64,000 nucleotides of DNA from Octopus sinensis (lineage: Eukaryota). This document shows, in pieces, positions 48,824-61,085 of the stretch. A program made the position numbers and the translations under genes. The DNA lies in NCBI RefSeq assembly GCF_006345805.1, contig NC_042999.1:16368001-16432000 (forward strand). Direction: 5' to 3'. Position 1 is the first letter of the stretch. Each line of letters begins with the position of its first letter. The notes beneath the pieces were generated by a model, which had not been told where the DNA came from, made no database searches, and saw only the letters and a list, made by a program, of their open reading frames with translations.

Positions 48824-48864
48824 GCTGCATTGAAAAGGGGCAATACCCGAAACGCGTCTGTAGC
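48824..48864 (+). ncRNA. Minimal type I hammerhead ribozyme (U3-A8 variant)
   Basis: GCTGCA-TTGAAAA-GGG(GCAATA)CCC-GAAA-CGCG-TC/TGTAGC: 6-bp stem I, 3-bp stem II, palindromic ACGCGT stem III, GUC cleavage triplet. Confidence 0.75.
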
Positions 48865-49030
48865 TGCCGGTCAAGTAGTGTGGAGCGACTGAATCTCCCT
48901 TGTTCGAAGTTATATGGATACAGTTTGTGTATCAAATAGCTAACTTAAGGCGATGGCCTCATGGAGCTAATAAGCGGACAGCTTTATTCTTATTTTTATA
49001 AGAATGCCATATTAGTATGGCGATAACTAT

Positions 49031-49090
<60 letters not shown>

Positions 49091-49117
49091 ATATATTATA
49101 TATATATATATATATAG

Positions 49118-49209
<92 letters not shown>

Positions 49210-49234
49210 GTATATATATGCACATACACATATT

Positions 49235-49277
<43 letters not shown>

Positions 49278-50179
49278 ATATATATGTAATATATGCACAT
49301 ACACATATTATGTATATGAAATATAATATATATATATATTTATATATGTGTGTGTGTGTATGTGTGAATATTTATATATATATGTATATGTATACATACA
49401 TACACACACATACACACATAAATGTGTGTGAATGCATATATATATGTCTATATGTACATGTCTCTGTGTGTGTTAATATGTGTACATATATATTCACACG
49501 TATATGTAAGCTTGTGTATATGTGTGTATGTATGCATGTATGTATGTACGTATGTACGCACGATGCAGTTTAAGAGCCTCTTTCCAAAATGAGCGATAAT
49601 CTTCAAACACGAAAATTCGTTTTCAGCTGACCGAGTAAAATTTATTATAAGCTGTGGAAAAATTTTTGCAAATATTTGCTAAGCCAATTGAAATGTTCTC
49701 GTGTAGGCTGCAACAGGGAGAAGTAATAATTTAATATAACAAATTAGATGCGATAGAATATAAAACAAAAAAAATATCCTACAACAAAATGGAAGCAATA
49801 ATTTATGATGATAAACTCCGAAGAATTTAGCATCAAACAGCATTAATTATATAAACTCAAACAGAAATACAACGGTTTTGTAGCATGCAGATACTAGGAA
49901 TGGTGCACTGAGAATTGCGTTAATGGAAAGAGCAAAAGGAAAGAGCGGGATTTGCAAATGGCTGATAAACAAGGCAGCCAATTGACTTTCACTTAGTTTA
50001 TTATACTTCTCTCGTTTGTAAATTATAAACCTTCTACAAATACAAGAGAGGGAAAGTAAGTATAAATGCACTCGATCTCTCATATATTCACACATACCTA
50101 TACGCATGCGCAGAAAACCACATATAAGCATAGATGTGTTTCTAACCATATATGTCTGTGTGCGTGCATGTAGCTGTTT

Positions 50180-50654
50180 ATCATTATATTACATATACAG
50201 ACAAACACGCAGACACGCGCACATGTAAACAGACAGATGCATACATATATACGCACGCCCACACATACAGAGAAATAGATCGATCAATAAATAGATTGGT
50301 TGGTAGATAGGTGGATAGATAGATATATACATACATATACACACATATAAATAAATCGATCGATAGATATGTAGGTAGAGAGATAAATAAATAGCTAGCT
50401 AGATAGATACAAGCATACATACATACGTACATACATACATACATACATACATACCTACCTACATACATACATACATACATCATACATACATACTACATAC
50501 TTACATACATACTTACATACATACATATATAAATCAATCGATCGATGGATGGATAGGTAGGTAGAGAGACTACTAGCTAGTTAGCATATATACATACATA
50601 CATGCATGCATACATACGTACATACATACATGCATACATACATACATTCATGCA

Positions 50655-50688
<34 letters not shown>

Positions 50689-50970
50689 CATGCATGCATA
50701 CACACACACATACATACATGCACGCATACATACATGCATACATACATACATATATGCATACATACATAATACATACATACATACATAATACATACATACA
50801 TACATACATACATACATACAACATGCATGCATACATACATGCATGCATACATACATGCATACATACATACATACATACATACATACATACATACATACAT
50901 ACATACATACATACATGCATAGACAGACAGATAGCTAGCTAGACAGACAGATAGACATACAGACACACAG
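50180..50970. repeat. (TACA)/(TGCA)/(GATA) tetranucleotide block
   Basis: Direct reading. Confidence 0.95.
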
Positions 50971-51294
50971 ATACATGTCTGGGCGTATCTAGTAACATTT
51001 CATGCAGAAAGGAAGAATTTCAATCGAGTGCCTTTGATTACCATTTCCGTTTTCTCCATGCAGCATATGGCTTCCAGCATTGTTTCACAAACATTGCCGT
51101 AAGGAGTATCAAGTGCATCCAAAATAGAATTCCAGCCTTTGGAAAATCTATACAAACGTCTGAGAGTTTTGATAAACATGTTATTCATAATTAGGATATT
51201 TATAATTAGGATTAATAAAAAAAAACGGTAAAAAAACCCCCTCGAATTTATGTTGACTTTTATGAAATTTTAATTTATGTTTTATATTCTATTC

Positions 51295-51540
51295 GTTTCA
51301 GCCATTGAACTGCGGCCATGCTGGAGTACCGTCTCAAAGATTTTAGTCGATCATATTGAAGCCAGTTCTTATTTTAAAAGCTTGGTACTTACTATATCGG
51401 TTGCTTTCGCCGAACTGCTTTGTCACTTGGACGTAAACAAACCAACATCGGTCGTGAAGATGTGACGATAGACAAACACACGTATGTATGTATACACACA
51501 CACATATATGAGTAGATTTAGAAGATGGAAACTGAATAAA
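51295..51540 (-). mobile_element. SINE family B, degenerate
   Basis: B tail and partial head in reverse. Confidence 0.75.
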
Positions 51541-51601
51541 GTTTGTCGTGTGCATGTGTGTATATATATATATATATATATACACACATGCACACGACAA
51601 A

Positions 51602-51985
51602 GTGGAGGCGCAATGGCCCAGTGGTTAGGGCAGCGGATTCGCAGTCATAGGATCGCGGTTTCGATTCCCAGACCGGGCGTTGTGAGTGTTTATTGAGCGA
51701 AAACACCTAAAGCTCCACGAGGCTCCGGCAGAGGATAGTGGTGATCCCTGCTGTACTCTTTCACCACAACTTTCTCTCACTCTTACTTCCTGTTTCTGTT
51801 GTACCTGTATTTCAAGGGGCCGGCCTTGTCACTCTCTGTATCACGCTGAATATCCTCGAGAACTACGTTAAGGGTGCACGTGTCTGTGGAGTGCTCAGCC
51901 ACTTACACGTTAATTTCACGAGCAGGCTGTTCCGTTGATTCAGATCAACCGGAACCCTCGTCATCGTAACCGACGCAGTGCTTCC
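51602..51985 (+). mobile_element. SINE family C, full length
   Basis: Matches other C copies. Confidence 0.93.
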
Positions 51986-51995
51986 ATATATATAT

Positions 51996-52335
51996 GTGAA
52001 GGCACATGACTCAGTGGCTAGAGCGTCTAGCTTACGATAGTGAGGTTGTGAGCTCGAATCCCGGACCGGGATGCGTGTTGTGTTCTTGAGCAAGATACTT
52101 TATTTCACGTTGCTCCAGTTAACTCAGCTGTAGAAATGAGTTGTGACGTCACGGGTGCCAAGCTGTATCGGCTGTTGCCTTTCCCTTGGTTAACATCGGT
52201 GACATGGAAAGGGGAGGCCAGTATGCATGGGCGACTGCTGGTCTTCCATAAAAACCACCTTGCCCAGACTTGTGACTAGGAGGGTAACTTTCTAGGTGCA
52301 ATCCCATGGTCAGTGTCGTGACCAAATGGGGTCCC
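51996..52335 (+). mobile_element. SINE family D, full length
   Basis: Head GTGAAGGCACATGACTCAGTGGCTAGAGCG...GAGCTCGAATCCC; inverted copy at 63679-63984. Confidence 0.9.
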
Positions 52336-52378
52336 GACCGATATATATATATATATCTGACGTGGACCACAAGATTAA

Positions 52379-52580
52379 AAAGACGTATCGCTCAGTGAAG
52401 TGAAGGTGCGTGGCTCAGTGAAGTGAAGACGTATGGCTCAGTGAAGTGAAGACGTATGGTTCAGTGAAGTGAAGGCGCGTGGCTCAGTAAAATGAAGACG
52501 TATGGTTCAGTGAAGTGAAAACGTATGGCTCAGTGAAGTGAAGGTGCGTGGCTCAGTAAAATGAAGACGTATGGTTAGAG
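52379..52580 (+). repeat. 23-bp minisatellite (about 9 units) derived from the SINE D 5' end
   Basis: Units GTGAAG(GTGCG/ACGTA)TGG(C/T)TCAGT(G/A)AA, exactly 23 nt from 52400 to 52560. Confidence 0.92.
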
Positions 52581-53424
52581 CCTCGGAGGATAGCTTTCTA
52601 GGTGCAATCCCATGGTCATTCATAACCGAAGGAGGTCTTTACCTTTTACCCTTTAGGTATAAGTTTACCACTGAGCATAAAATAAATTTTATGCTCAGTA
52701 ACATCTATGTCTTTTTTGAAACCACAATTGACTGTGTGTTGACCTCAAAAGTTACGGATAGTATGACGTTTATAAGAACTGAAACGGAAGAGAAATTATG
52801 GCTGACGTTCAACTCTATTCCTCCTGTATAATAACGATTTTCGCACCGATGCTGCCTTACGTGAATTCAGTTTCAGCGCTAATCCTAAATTTATCCACTA
52901 TTCATATTCTGAAGCATAATCGATATCGAACCTCAATTTTCGTAACTAATGCGTCAAGAAAATGCTATTTGTTAGCTCCACATCATCCTAATCTGGTTGA
53001 TCAAATCTGTGATTAAATGTTTCCCAAGTGAGGCCATCGAGTCTTTTCGGATTTTATCTAGGGTCATATTTTTCTGATGTATTCCTCCAATAAAAAAAAA
53101 AACAAAAAAAACAGTAGGATGTTATTTGAGGACAATTTCGCTGTTATCTTTAGCCGATTGATCAACTTCGTAGACCTCCCCCATTGGATCTCTAAAACTT
53201 TTCACTCTCATGATGTCTTTAAACTGCTCTATGTCTGAGAAAATTATATTTGTAATTGATACCTTATCATTCATTTGGTATGAAAATATTACGCTGTATT
53301 GTTTTTTTAAATATTTATCCATCCATTTCTGTCGCTCACTTTTCATGGGGAGGGTCATGGTGGAAGAGTCCTCATCCTCCATGGGTCCTATCAGAAACAA
53401 CCGTCATTAAACTAAATTCCCATT

Positions 53425-53635
53425 TGCACGCCGGATGAAATGCTTAGCGGTATTTCGTCTGCCGTTACGCTCTGAGTTCAAATTCCGCCGAGGTCGACTT
53501 TGCCTTTCATCCTTTCAGGGTCGATAAATTAAGTACCACTTACGCACTGGGGTCGATGTAATCGTCTTAATCCCTTTGCCTATCCTTGTTTGTCCCCTCT
53601 AATGTTTAGCCCCTTGTGGGCAATAAAGAAATAAG
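53425..53635 (+). mobile_element. SINE family A
   Basis: Family match. Confidence 0.92.
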
Positions 53636-54200
53636 AAACCTATGATCTTTTGTTAAAGCTAGATCCCGACTTAATATTACTCCACCAAGTAACGATTAGA
53701 GATTTGAAGTAAACCGTAAACACATTCACGTATTCCTTCCCAAACAGTAATTAACGCTGTCACCCAAACAAACAAATAAAAAATGCCTTTTAACAAAGGA
53801 TCGTAAAGGAATTGTGGACTTTTCTTTATGCGACGGAAATCGCCACTAGTTGAAGAAAATTCGTTCAAATGTTTACTTGAAATAAGAAAAAAAATATTTT
53901 TAATTCCTTATTTGTATTTTTATGGATTTATTCGTCTTTCTGCTTTTATATCTTCTTTTAATATCAAAGATTTTGTAGCGGATCTTTATTACACTACGAT
54001 TGCTAAGAAAATGACGAAAGACTCTTGTTTCTTTTGTTTCTTTTCTGTTTTGCTTTTTTTTAAGATTTATTATCATCCACCTAGAAATTGACTTTTAAAT
54101 TTATTCAGCTCAAGCTGTCAGCACCCTTTTACTAATTATGTTTTTGTAACATTTTTATTTCGCTCCGTCGACATTTTTAACAAAGATGTTTTTTTTCCAG

Positions 54201-54271
54201 TGCGCAGAGCGCAAAACATGTTAGATGTTAGACGCTCGAGAGAAACGGTGTCAGCTGAAACACATTGGTCT
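54201..54271 (+). CDS. Candidate exon containing a probable start codon (ATG 54218): MLDVRRSRETVSAETHWS
   Basis: Acceptor TTTTTTTTCCAG, donor TCT|GTGAGT; only one frame open; A at -3 of ATG; ends in phase 0. Product not recognised. Confidence 0.6.
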
Positions 54272-54624
54272 GTGAGTAATTACATGTTATTAGTAAAACT
54301 ATTGTTCGAGATATTGTTTATTCGCCTGTGAAATGCTATTATGAAATGCAGTTGTTGGAAAAAAAACACGAAGAAAAGCATCTTCTTTTAAGTTTAATAC
54401 ACAGGAAATAATTGAAAAGAAAGTTGAAATAAAGATCTGTGAGAAACATGACAAGCGAAATAATTCTGAAGAATTGTCTTTAAAAAAATGTCACCTTCAT
54501 CAGTAATTTTGTTACAGAGAAAGTCAGGGTTAATATTCAAGACAGGAGTATCCGTTCTTCTCAAGGCACAAGGCTTGAAATTTTGGGGAAGGTGGCTAGT
54601 CGATTACGTCGAACGCACAACATG

Positions 54625-55310
54625 ACTGGCAGAAACGTTAGCACGCCGAGCGAAATGCGTAGCCGTATTTCGTCTGCCGTTACGTTCTGAGTTCAAATTC
54701 CGCCGAGGTCGACTTTGCCTTTCATCCTTTCGGAGTCAATAAATTAAGTACCAGTTACACACTGGGGTCGATATACTCGACTTAATCCGTCTGTCTGTCC
54801 TTGTTTGTCCTCTCTGTGTTTAGACCCTTGTGGGTTGTAAAGAAATAGGTATTTCGTCTGCCGTTACGTTCTGAGTTCAAATTCCGCCGAGGTCGACTTT
54901 GCCTTTCATCCTTTCGGGGTCGATAAACTAAGTACCATCATCATCATCATTGTCCGACCGTGGTCGAGACTTTCATAGTCTTTTCAAATGGCTAATAATG
55001 TGTGCGCGCGCCACTACTACACACATTGGAAAGCATTGTACAACCAAGTACTAAAGAAGATCTTTCCTCCTCTATGAAACAAAGCTGTTCCCGCTGGACG
55101 TCAACCCAGTATTTCTAAGCTACGGACCCAGTGATTTATTGTAAGGTTATCTCCCTAGATAGATTGCCTTCACTACGGCTAAGGAGCCCTTTCTACCCCA
55201 TTAAGTACCAGTTACACACTGGGGTCGATATAATCGACTTAATCCGTCTGTCTGTCCTTGTTTGTCCCCGCTGTGTTTAGCCCCTTGTGGGTAGTAAAGA
55301 AATAGGTATT
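54625..55310 (+). mobile_element. SINE family A dimer interrupted by a 264-bp insertion
   Basis: A units on both sides of 54938-55201. Confidence 0.88.
54938..55201 (-). mobile_element. 264-bp short retroelement with (GAT)n tail and 9-bp TSD, no tRNA-like head
   Basis: TAAGTACCA at 54929-54937 and 55202-55210; minus strand ends ...GACCACGGTCGGACAATGATGATGATGATG. Confidence 0.75.
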
Positions 55311-55519
55311 TATTTTATCGATTCCGAAAGGATGAGAGGCAAAGGTGGCCTCAGCGAAATTTGAACTCAGAACATGAAGACAGACGAAATGCCGCTAAGC
55401 ATTTCACCTGGCGTGCTAACGAATCTGTCGCTTCACCGTCTTCAAGAGCTCGTTATACGGAAAAACTACATATGTTACAACAAGCCAGCCAAGATATCTT
55501 TCTTTTATTATTTTATTCT

Positions 55520-55956
55520 TTTCTTTTACTTGTTTCAGTCACGTGACTGTGGCCATGCTGGAGCACTGCCTTTAGTAGAGAAAATCGACCTCAGGACTTA
55601 TTCTTTTGTAAGCCTAGTACTTATTCTATCGTTCTCTTTTGCCGAACCGCTAAGTTACGGGGGCGTAAACACACCAGCATCGGTTGTCAAGCGATGTTGG
55701 GGTGACAAACACACAAAACAATCACAAACAATCACACAAAAACAAACACACAAACAATCACACATATATACATATATACATATGCATATATACGGCGGGC
55801 TTCTTTCAGTTTCCGTCTACCAAATCCAGTCACAAAGCTTTGGTCGGCCCGAGGCTATAGTAGAAGACACTTACTCAAGGTGTTACGCAGTGGGACTGAA
55901 CCTGGAACCATGTGGTTTGTAAGCAACCTACTTACCAAACAGCCACTCCTACGCCT
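55520..55956 (-). mobile_element. SINE family B, full length
   Basis: Family match. Confidence 0.92.
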
Positions 55957-56589
55957 ATGTACGGTGTCGTTTAACAGGCTAGAAATATCAACTAAATGCT
56001 CCTCAAATTATATCACATCATTATAAATAAAAGGAGAGGAGGGACATAATGAATAGTATTCTAGCAGATACATCTTACCCAACCACCAAAAAAAAAAAAG
56101 AAATGAAATGCCCGGGGGATCACAGCCAAAGTGGCTTTGGATCTGTGGCGCAGCTAGAGTGTGCTCCGCTCGTGGGAGACCTTGAGCGTGCCGCCCCCGG
56201 GCGCCAAAGCCTATCCTGGCTTATACAGCAGAACCAAAAGCGCTGTCCCTATAAAGACGTCGCCGTGAGCGGACCTCCCTCCCCGCCTCAACCTAGCAAT
56301 GCTAATGCTTTGAATCCTAATTTGTGTCAGCGCTGACACAAACTATAACGCATTAAACAGGACAGCATAACTTAATAAACGTATTACAAGATTTATTGTT
56401 ATTCTTCTGTTGTCTGAGTTTAAAATCAATCGGAGCCGGATTTATTTTTCATCTTTGGTGGACGTGGTGGTGGTGGTGGTGGTGGTGGTGGTGGTGGTGT
56501 GGTGGTGGTGGTGGTGACAGTGACAAAATGAAATGCCAGTAACAGAAAAAATTGCTTCAATTAACCGCATCATTCAGCAAAAATAATAT

Positions 56590-57360
56590 TCGTTTCAAAC
56601 TTTGACACAAGGCCAGCAATTTCGTAGGCGGTGGGGTTAAATCGTTTTAATCGACCGCAGTGTTCAAATGGAACTTAACTTATCAACTCCAAAAGGATGA
56701 TAGGCAAAGACGACCTCGGCGGAATTTGAACTGAGAACGAAGAGACAGACAAAATGCCGCTCAGGATTTTGCCCGGCGTGCTAACGATTCTTATTTCTTT
56801 ATTGCCCACAAGGGGCTAAACATACAGGGGACAAATAAGGACAGACAAAGGGATTAAGTCGATTATATCGACCCCAGTGAGTAATTTATCGACCCCGAAA
56901 GGATGAAAGGCAAAGTCGACCTCGGCGGAATTTGAACTCAGAAAGTAACGGCAGACGAAATACCTATTTCTTTACTACCCACAAGGGGCTAAACACAGAG
57001 GAAACAAACAAGGACAGACAAACGGATTAAGACGATTATATCGACCCCAGTGCGTAACTGGTACTTATTTAATCGACCCCGAAAGGATGAAAGGCAAAGA
57101 ACGTAGCGGCAGACGAAATACCGCTAAGTATTTCGCTCGGAGTGCTAACGATTCTGCCAGCTCGTCGCCTTAATTCAGCAAAATAATAATGATTTCAAAA
57201 TTTGGTACAAGGCCAGCTGCTTCGAGTGCGGGGTAGGGATCTCGGCGGAATTTGAACTCAGAATGGAGCAACGGGCGAAATACAGCTAAGCATTTCCTCA
57301 AGCGTTCTAACGGTTCTGCCAGCTCGCTGCTTTAATTCAGAAAAATAATAATGATCTTAA
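56590..57360 (-). mobile_element. SINE family A tandem cluster
   Basis: 4-5 A units in reverse. Confidence 0.9.
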
Positions 57361-57654
57361 ATTTTGCGCCGTTTATATCTTTGTCTACTCTTCTAGAAAT
57401 AAGTTCCAGCAGTAATTGGGAAGTTAAACTTGCGAAGGATGGCGTCCCGTCCAGGACTGAGAGAAGTAATCTCAGTCCCTTATAGGCTTCAGAAACCGAG
57501 TTCAGTTCCGGTCTTATGAGTTCTAATGCTTATGAGGGATCTAAGCCTAAGTTATTGTCATCTTCGAGTTCAAAATTGACCGGGTTCGATTTTGTTTTTC
57601 GTCTGCTTCAAGTCATTTTTATCCATACAAAACAGAATCAAAGGTCCTTTCCAT

Positions 57655-57935
57655 AGGCTCCTAAAGCCGGTTTCCTGGATTCTTTGGTGTATTTACCATC
57701 CCCACCAATCCTACCACGCTGGATGGGACGCCAGTCCATCCATCCATCCGTCCGTCCGTCCGTCCGTCCCACCAACCAACCAAGGATAACTCATTTTTAA
57801 GTGTTGAGTAGACTGGAGCAACGTGAAATGAAGTGTTTTGCTCAAGGACACAACACATCATCCAGCACAGAAATTGAAACAACAATCATAAGATAATGAA
57901 TCCAACACCCTAACCACTGCGCCACGTGTCTTCAC
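57655..57935 (-). mobile_element. SINE D-variant interrupted by (TCCG)/(TCCA) repeats
   Basis: Matches 46476-46712. Confidence 0.7.
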
Positions 57936-58259
57936 ACACGTATATATTGCACGATCAATTTAATTCGCTATCCCTCTTCACTTCCTTGAGCCGACTTCGA
58001 AGATTCAGCCTACTAGTCGCCATTTGGCCTTTCAGACACTGGTAGATGTTTAGTAAACCGAAACTACGAAGTCACTGTCAGCATTTTCCTTGCAAAAATT
58101 TGTATGTATTCAGATAAAAATCACCTTTAATTTATTATTAAATTCGACGAGTTCAGTGCCTACATACCTCATACTTACATACCTTCATACGCCTATACCT
58201 CTTAAAGTCTAGTACGTATTTTATTGGTTTCTCATGTGAAAAGCTAAGTTACCAAATTC

Positions 58260-58460
58260 AGAAGGTACAACAGAAACAGGAAGAAAGAGTGAGAGAGAGA
58301 GGTGTGGAGAGAGATTACAGCGGATTTCAACAGCACTCCCTGCTGGAGTCTCGTGGGGCTTTCGGTGTTTTCGCTCAAGAAACACTCACAATGCCCGGAC
58401 TGAGAACTGAAACCGCGAACCTACGGCCGCGAGTCCGCTGCCCTAACCACAGGGCCATAT
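58260..58460 (-). mobile_element. Degenerate SINE C 5' half, followed by SINE A (58485-58700, +)
   Basis: CCGCGAGTCCGCTGCCCTAACCAC head in reverse. Confidence 0.8.
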
Positions 58461-59039
58461 ACATATATCTGCGTGTGTGTGTGGCAGAAACGGTAGCACG
58501 CCGGGCGAAATGCATGGCCGTATTTCGTCTGCCGTTACGTTCTGAGTTCAAATTCCGCCGAGATCGACTTTGCCTTTCATCCTTTCGGGGTCGATAAATT
58601 AAGTACCAGTTACGCACTGGGGTCGATGGAATCGACTTAATCGCTTTGTCTGTCCTTGTTTGTCCCCTCTGTGTTTAGCCCCTTGTGGGTAGTAAAGAAA
58701 TATATATATACATCACAACCTGTATAGAAAGGGAAATAAGGTTAATCATCTGTCCAATGTTTGCTAAACTTCTATATATATTCAAGTGGCATACATTTCC
58801 AGTCTCGGTCCAGCTTCGTCGGAATCATTATAAACCGACTAATCATATTGAATCTGTGTTATGTCCATCTCATTGATCCTGTACCATTGATCGTATTCAC
58901 TGTTCAGTTTTTATAAAGAAGCTCTGTCTATGAAATGGAAAACAGTTGCTAACGGGAAATAATGATTTCCATACTGCTGGCTGTCATTAAGTGACAACAT
59001 AAATGTATACAGGACAAAATACAATATTATATGAGTATT

Positions 59040-59241
59040 TATATGTATGTATAATTATTTACACACACACGTACACACACACAAACACATATATATACAC
59101 ACATTCGTACATGTACATAATATATATATAATATATAATATATATATGCATATATGTATATGTATATAAATATATATATACATATATATATATATACATA
59201 TATACATATATATATACATATATATACATATATATCTATAC

Positions 59242-59284
<43 letters not shown>

Positions 59285-59510
59285 CATACCTATATATATA
59301 TGCATGTATATATATATATATAATATATATATATATATTATATATATACACATATATATACATATATATATATATACACATATATATACATATATATATG
59401 TATATAGATATTTATACGTATATATACACACATACATGCATACATACATACATACATACATACATACATACATACATACATACATACATACATACATTTA
59501 TATATGCACA
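59040..59510. repeat. Compound (TA)/(TACA) microsatellite
   Basis: Direct reading. Confidence 0.96.
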
Positions 59511-60615
59511 CATCGATATACTATTGGCAAGGAAGTTTTAGAAATATTTGATAGCATTTGTGACTAGACAGGACAGCTATATATTTTATGGGAGGAAAAA
59601 CGGTAATTGCTATGGAGATCATGTGTTTCCCGATGGCATATGCAGCGTAAACGAAGTGAACTTAAAGCAAACAGGTCATTAAAATGTGTCTGTGTTGCCA
59701 TGCAGATGGGCAGTAAGTTAAGGCTCTACAATACCTTTTTTTTATATACAGGTGTCGCGGTACTGAGGTGGAATCTAGAGGAGTCTCACTAATCCCTAAT
59801 CTAATTTTCATAAAAAATGGTAACGGATTTAGTCACAACACCAGCGATAATGAGGGAATCGGGTTTATTTGATACCGTGGAATCCTAATGCTTAACTACT
59901 ACTTGCTTTTTTTTTTTATTGATTTCTAAAGGATGAAAGGCGAAGTTTACCTCGGTGAGATTTGAACTCGGAACGTAGAGATCCGGAAGAAGCTTCGCAA
60001 ATCAATTGCTTTGGCATCACTGTAATGACTCTGCCAATCGTTGACCCCGACGAAGTTGAAGTCGAAACGCAAAGTGTTGGAACAGATGACACATGCCATC
60101 TTCTGCGATGCTCTAACGATTATACCAACTTGCTATCCTTCTGACAGACACAAAGCGAGAAATTTTGAATGAAGGGTTTAGTTGATAACATCGACCTCAC
60201 TACATAACTGGTACTTTATGTGATCGAGGATGAGAAATGAATTTGACCTATGCAGGACTCGAACTCAGATCGTAAAATAACTGGAACAAAGTTAATAAAA
60301 CTATTTCTCCATCGCTCTAAAGATTCTGCTAGATCATCGCCCTACTTTCTGATTTAGGGGCAAGGCCAGTAACTTTCAGGGAAGGGAGTTCCAGTTTAAA
60401 AGGATAAAGATCCTTTTCGAGTTATATAGACTCACAAGGACCGGTTTCCCCGTTTCTGTGGCGCATATATTTCCTCTATAGACGGAACGTCGGTCAGTTG
60501 CAGCATTACTCATTTCTGCCAAATGAGTAGACTGGTGCAACATGAAATGAAGTGTTTTTCTTAAGAGCACAAGGCACCGCTTGGTTCAGGAATCGAAACT
60601 ATATCTTACGATCAT

Positions 60616-60789
60616 GAAGGCGCAGGAGTGGCTATGTGGTAAGTAGCTTGCTTACCAACCACATGGCTCCGGGTTCAGTCTCACTGCGTGAAATCTTGGG
60701 CAAGTGTCTTCCAGTATCGCCTCGGGCCGACCAAAACCTTGTGAGTGGATTTGGTAGACGGAAACTCAAAGAAGCCAGTCGTATATATG

Positions 60790-60872
<83 letters not shown>

Positions 60873-61085
60873 TTGTGTGTTTATTTGTCCCCCTAGCATT
60901 GCTTGACAACCGATGCTGGTGTGTTCATGTCCCCGTAACTTAGCGGTTCGGCAAAATAGACCGATAGAATAAGTACTGGGCTTACAAAGAATAAGTCCCG
61001 GGGTCGATTTGCACGACTTAAAGGCGGTGCTCCAGCATCGCCGCAGTCAAATGACTGAAACAAGTAAAAGAGTAAAAGAGTAAAA
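60616..61085 (+). mobile_element. SINE family B, full length, abutting a minus-strand D-variant (60405-60615)
   Basis: Family match, (AAAAGAGT)n-type tail. Confidence 0.92.

Noticed and set aside
52379-52580. CRISPR-like periodic repeat
   Set aside because: Units are directly adjacent with no unique spacers, no cas genes, and the repeat derives from a SINE head.
58035-58100. Possible 66-nt plus-strand exon (TGRCLVNRNYEVTVSIFLAKI)
   Set aside because: Weak donor context, and phase 1-1 does not fit between the phase-0 exons at 54271 and 62999.
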